From assembly GCA_045586685.1 (NCBI GenBank), contig JAZNAU010000047.1, positions 1 to 27,299 of the forward strand: DNA of 27,299 nucleotides. The letters are read 5' to 3'. The DNA is from Clostridia bacterium (lineage in GTDB: Bacteria; Bacillota; Clostridia; HGM11514). This document shows positions 26,878 through 27,299 of the stretch, piece by piece. The notes beneath the pieces are model-generated. The model was not told the DNA's origin. It did no database searches and saw nothing but the letters and a program-made list of their open reading frames with translations. Both the position numbers and the translations under genes were made by a program. Within the stretch, counting starts at the first letter, position 1, and each line of letters opens with the position of its first letter.

Positions 26878-27299
26878 TTATACGATTTGTTTTATCAAAG
26901 CCTCTTTGAGATAAAGAGGATCTTCCACCTTATCAGTGATAATATACGCTTCATCCAGTCCTGCGAACGTCACAGATGACAGTTTGCCAAATTTAGTGTG
27001 GTCTGCCAGTATGAAAGAAATACACGAATTCTGTATTGCCGCCGTCTTCATGGCTCCCTCGCTTATATGCGGAGTAGAAAAACCGCCGCGTATATCTATG
27101 CCGTTCGTCCCCATAAAGCACTTGGTAAAATTATATCGTTTCAACGACTCTATGGCAGATGCACCGACAGCAGCTTCCGTCATCGGTCTCAGCATACCGC
27201 TTATCATATATACATCGAATCCTCTTTGCACCAGTTTCTCAGCATGAGCTATGCCGTTAGTAACATAAGTGGCATTCTTGTTTTCCAAATAGTCTATCA
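26878..27299 (-). CDS. DeoR/GlpR (FruR-like) regulator, C-terminal sensor domain, 5'-truncated by window edge
   Basis: VTNG, YNFTKCFMGTNGID, LADHTKFG, IITD; frame open to window end. Confidence 0.88.
   Translation of the reverse strand, partial: IDYLENKNATYVTNGIAHAEKLVQRGFDVYMISGMLRPMTEAAVGASAIESLKRYNFTKCFMGTNGIDIRGGFSTPHISEGAMKTAAIQNSCISFILADHTKFGKLSSVTFAGLDEAYIITDKVEDPLYLKEALIKQIV

Overview
Chromosomal, mostly housekeeping DNA from a low-GC, probably spore-forming Clostridia-class firmicute (PolC, large SRP RNA, YetF/DUF421, sigmaE/F/G-like promoters). Order: uppS(partial)-cdsA-dxr-rseP-ispG-polC-acyl-ACP thioesterase-50 aa ORF (+); M23 peptidase-polysaccharide deacetylase (-); polA-coaE-M18 aminopeptidase (+); methyltransferase-like ORF, two GT-C glycosyltransferases (one PMT/GT39-like), hpf and a mutarotase-fold protein (-); DUF421-DUF4363-84 aa ORF (+); DeoR(partial), gap, SRP RNA, dnaX, ybaB (-). 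No transposase, integrase, RT or cas gene was seen. The unexplained signal is mainly intergenic: a ~138-bp long-hairpin tandem array (9518-9848); two arrays of sequence-variable mini-hairpins joined by a fixed linker (21465-21603, 23264-23337); and a promoter-driven ~160-nt structured RNA with terminator/antiterminator and possible pseudoknot in front of an unknown 84-aa ORF (22703-22899). dnaX also carries an E. coli-like -1 frameshift signature, and codon usage shifts at the gap/DeoR end. All pairings and motif matches were done by eye; no searches were run.
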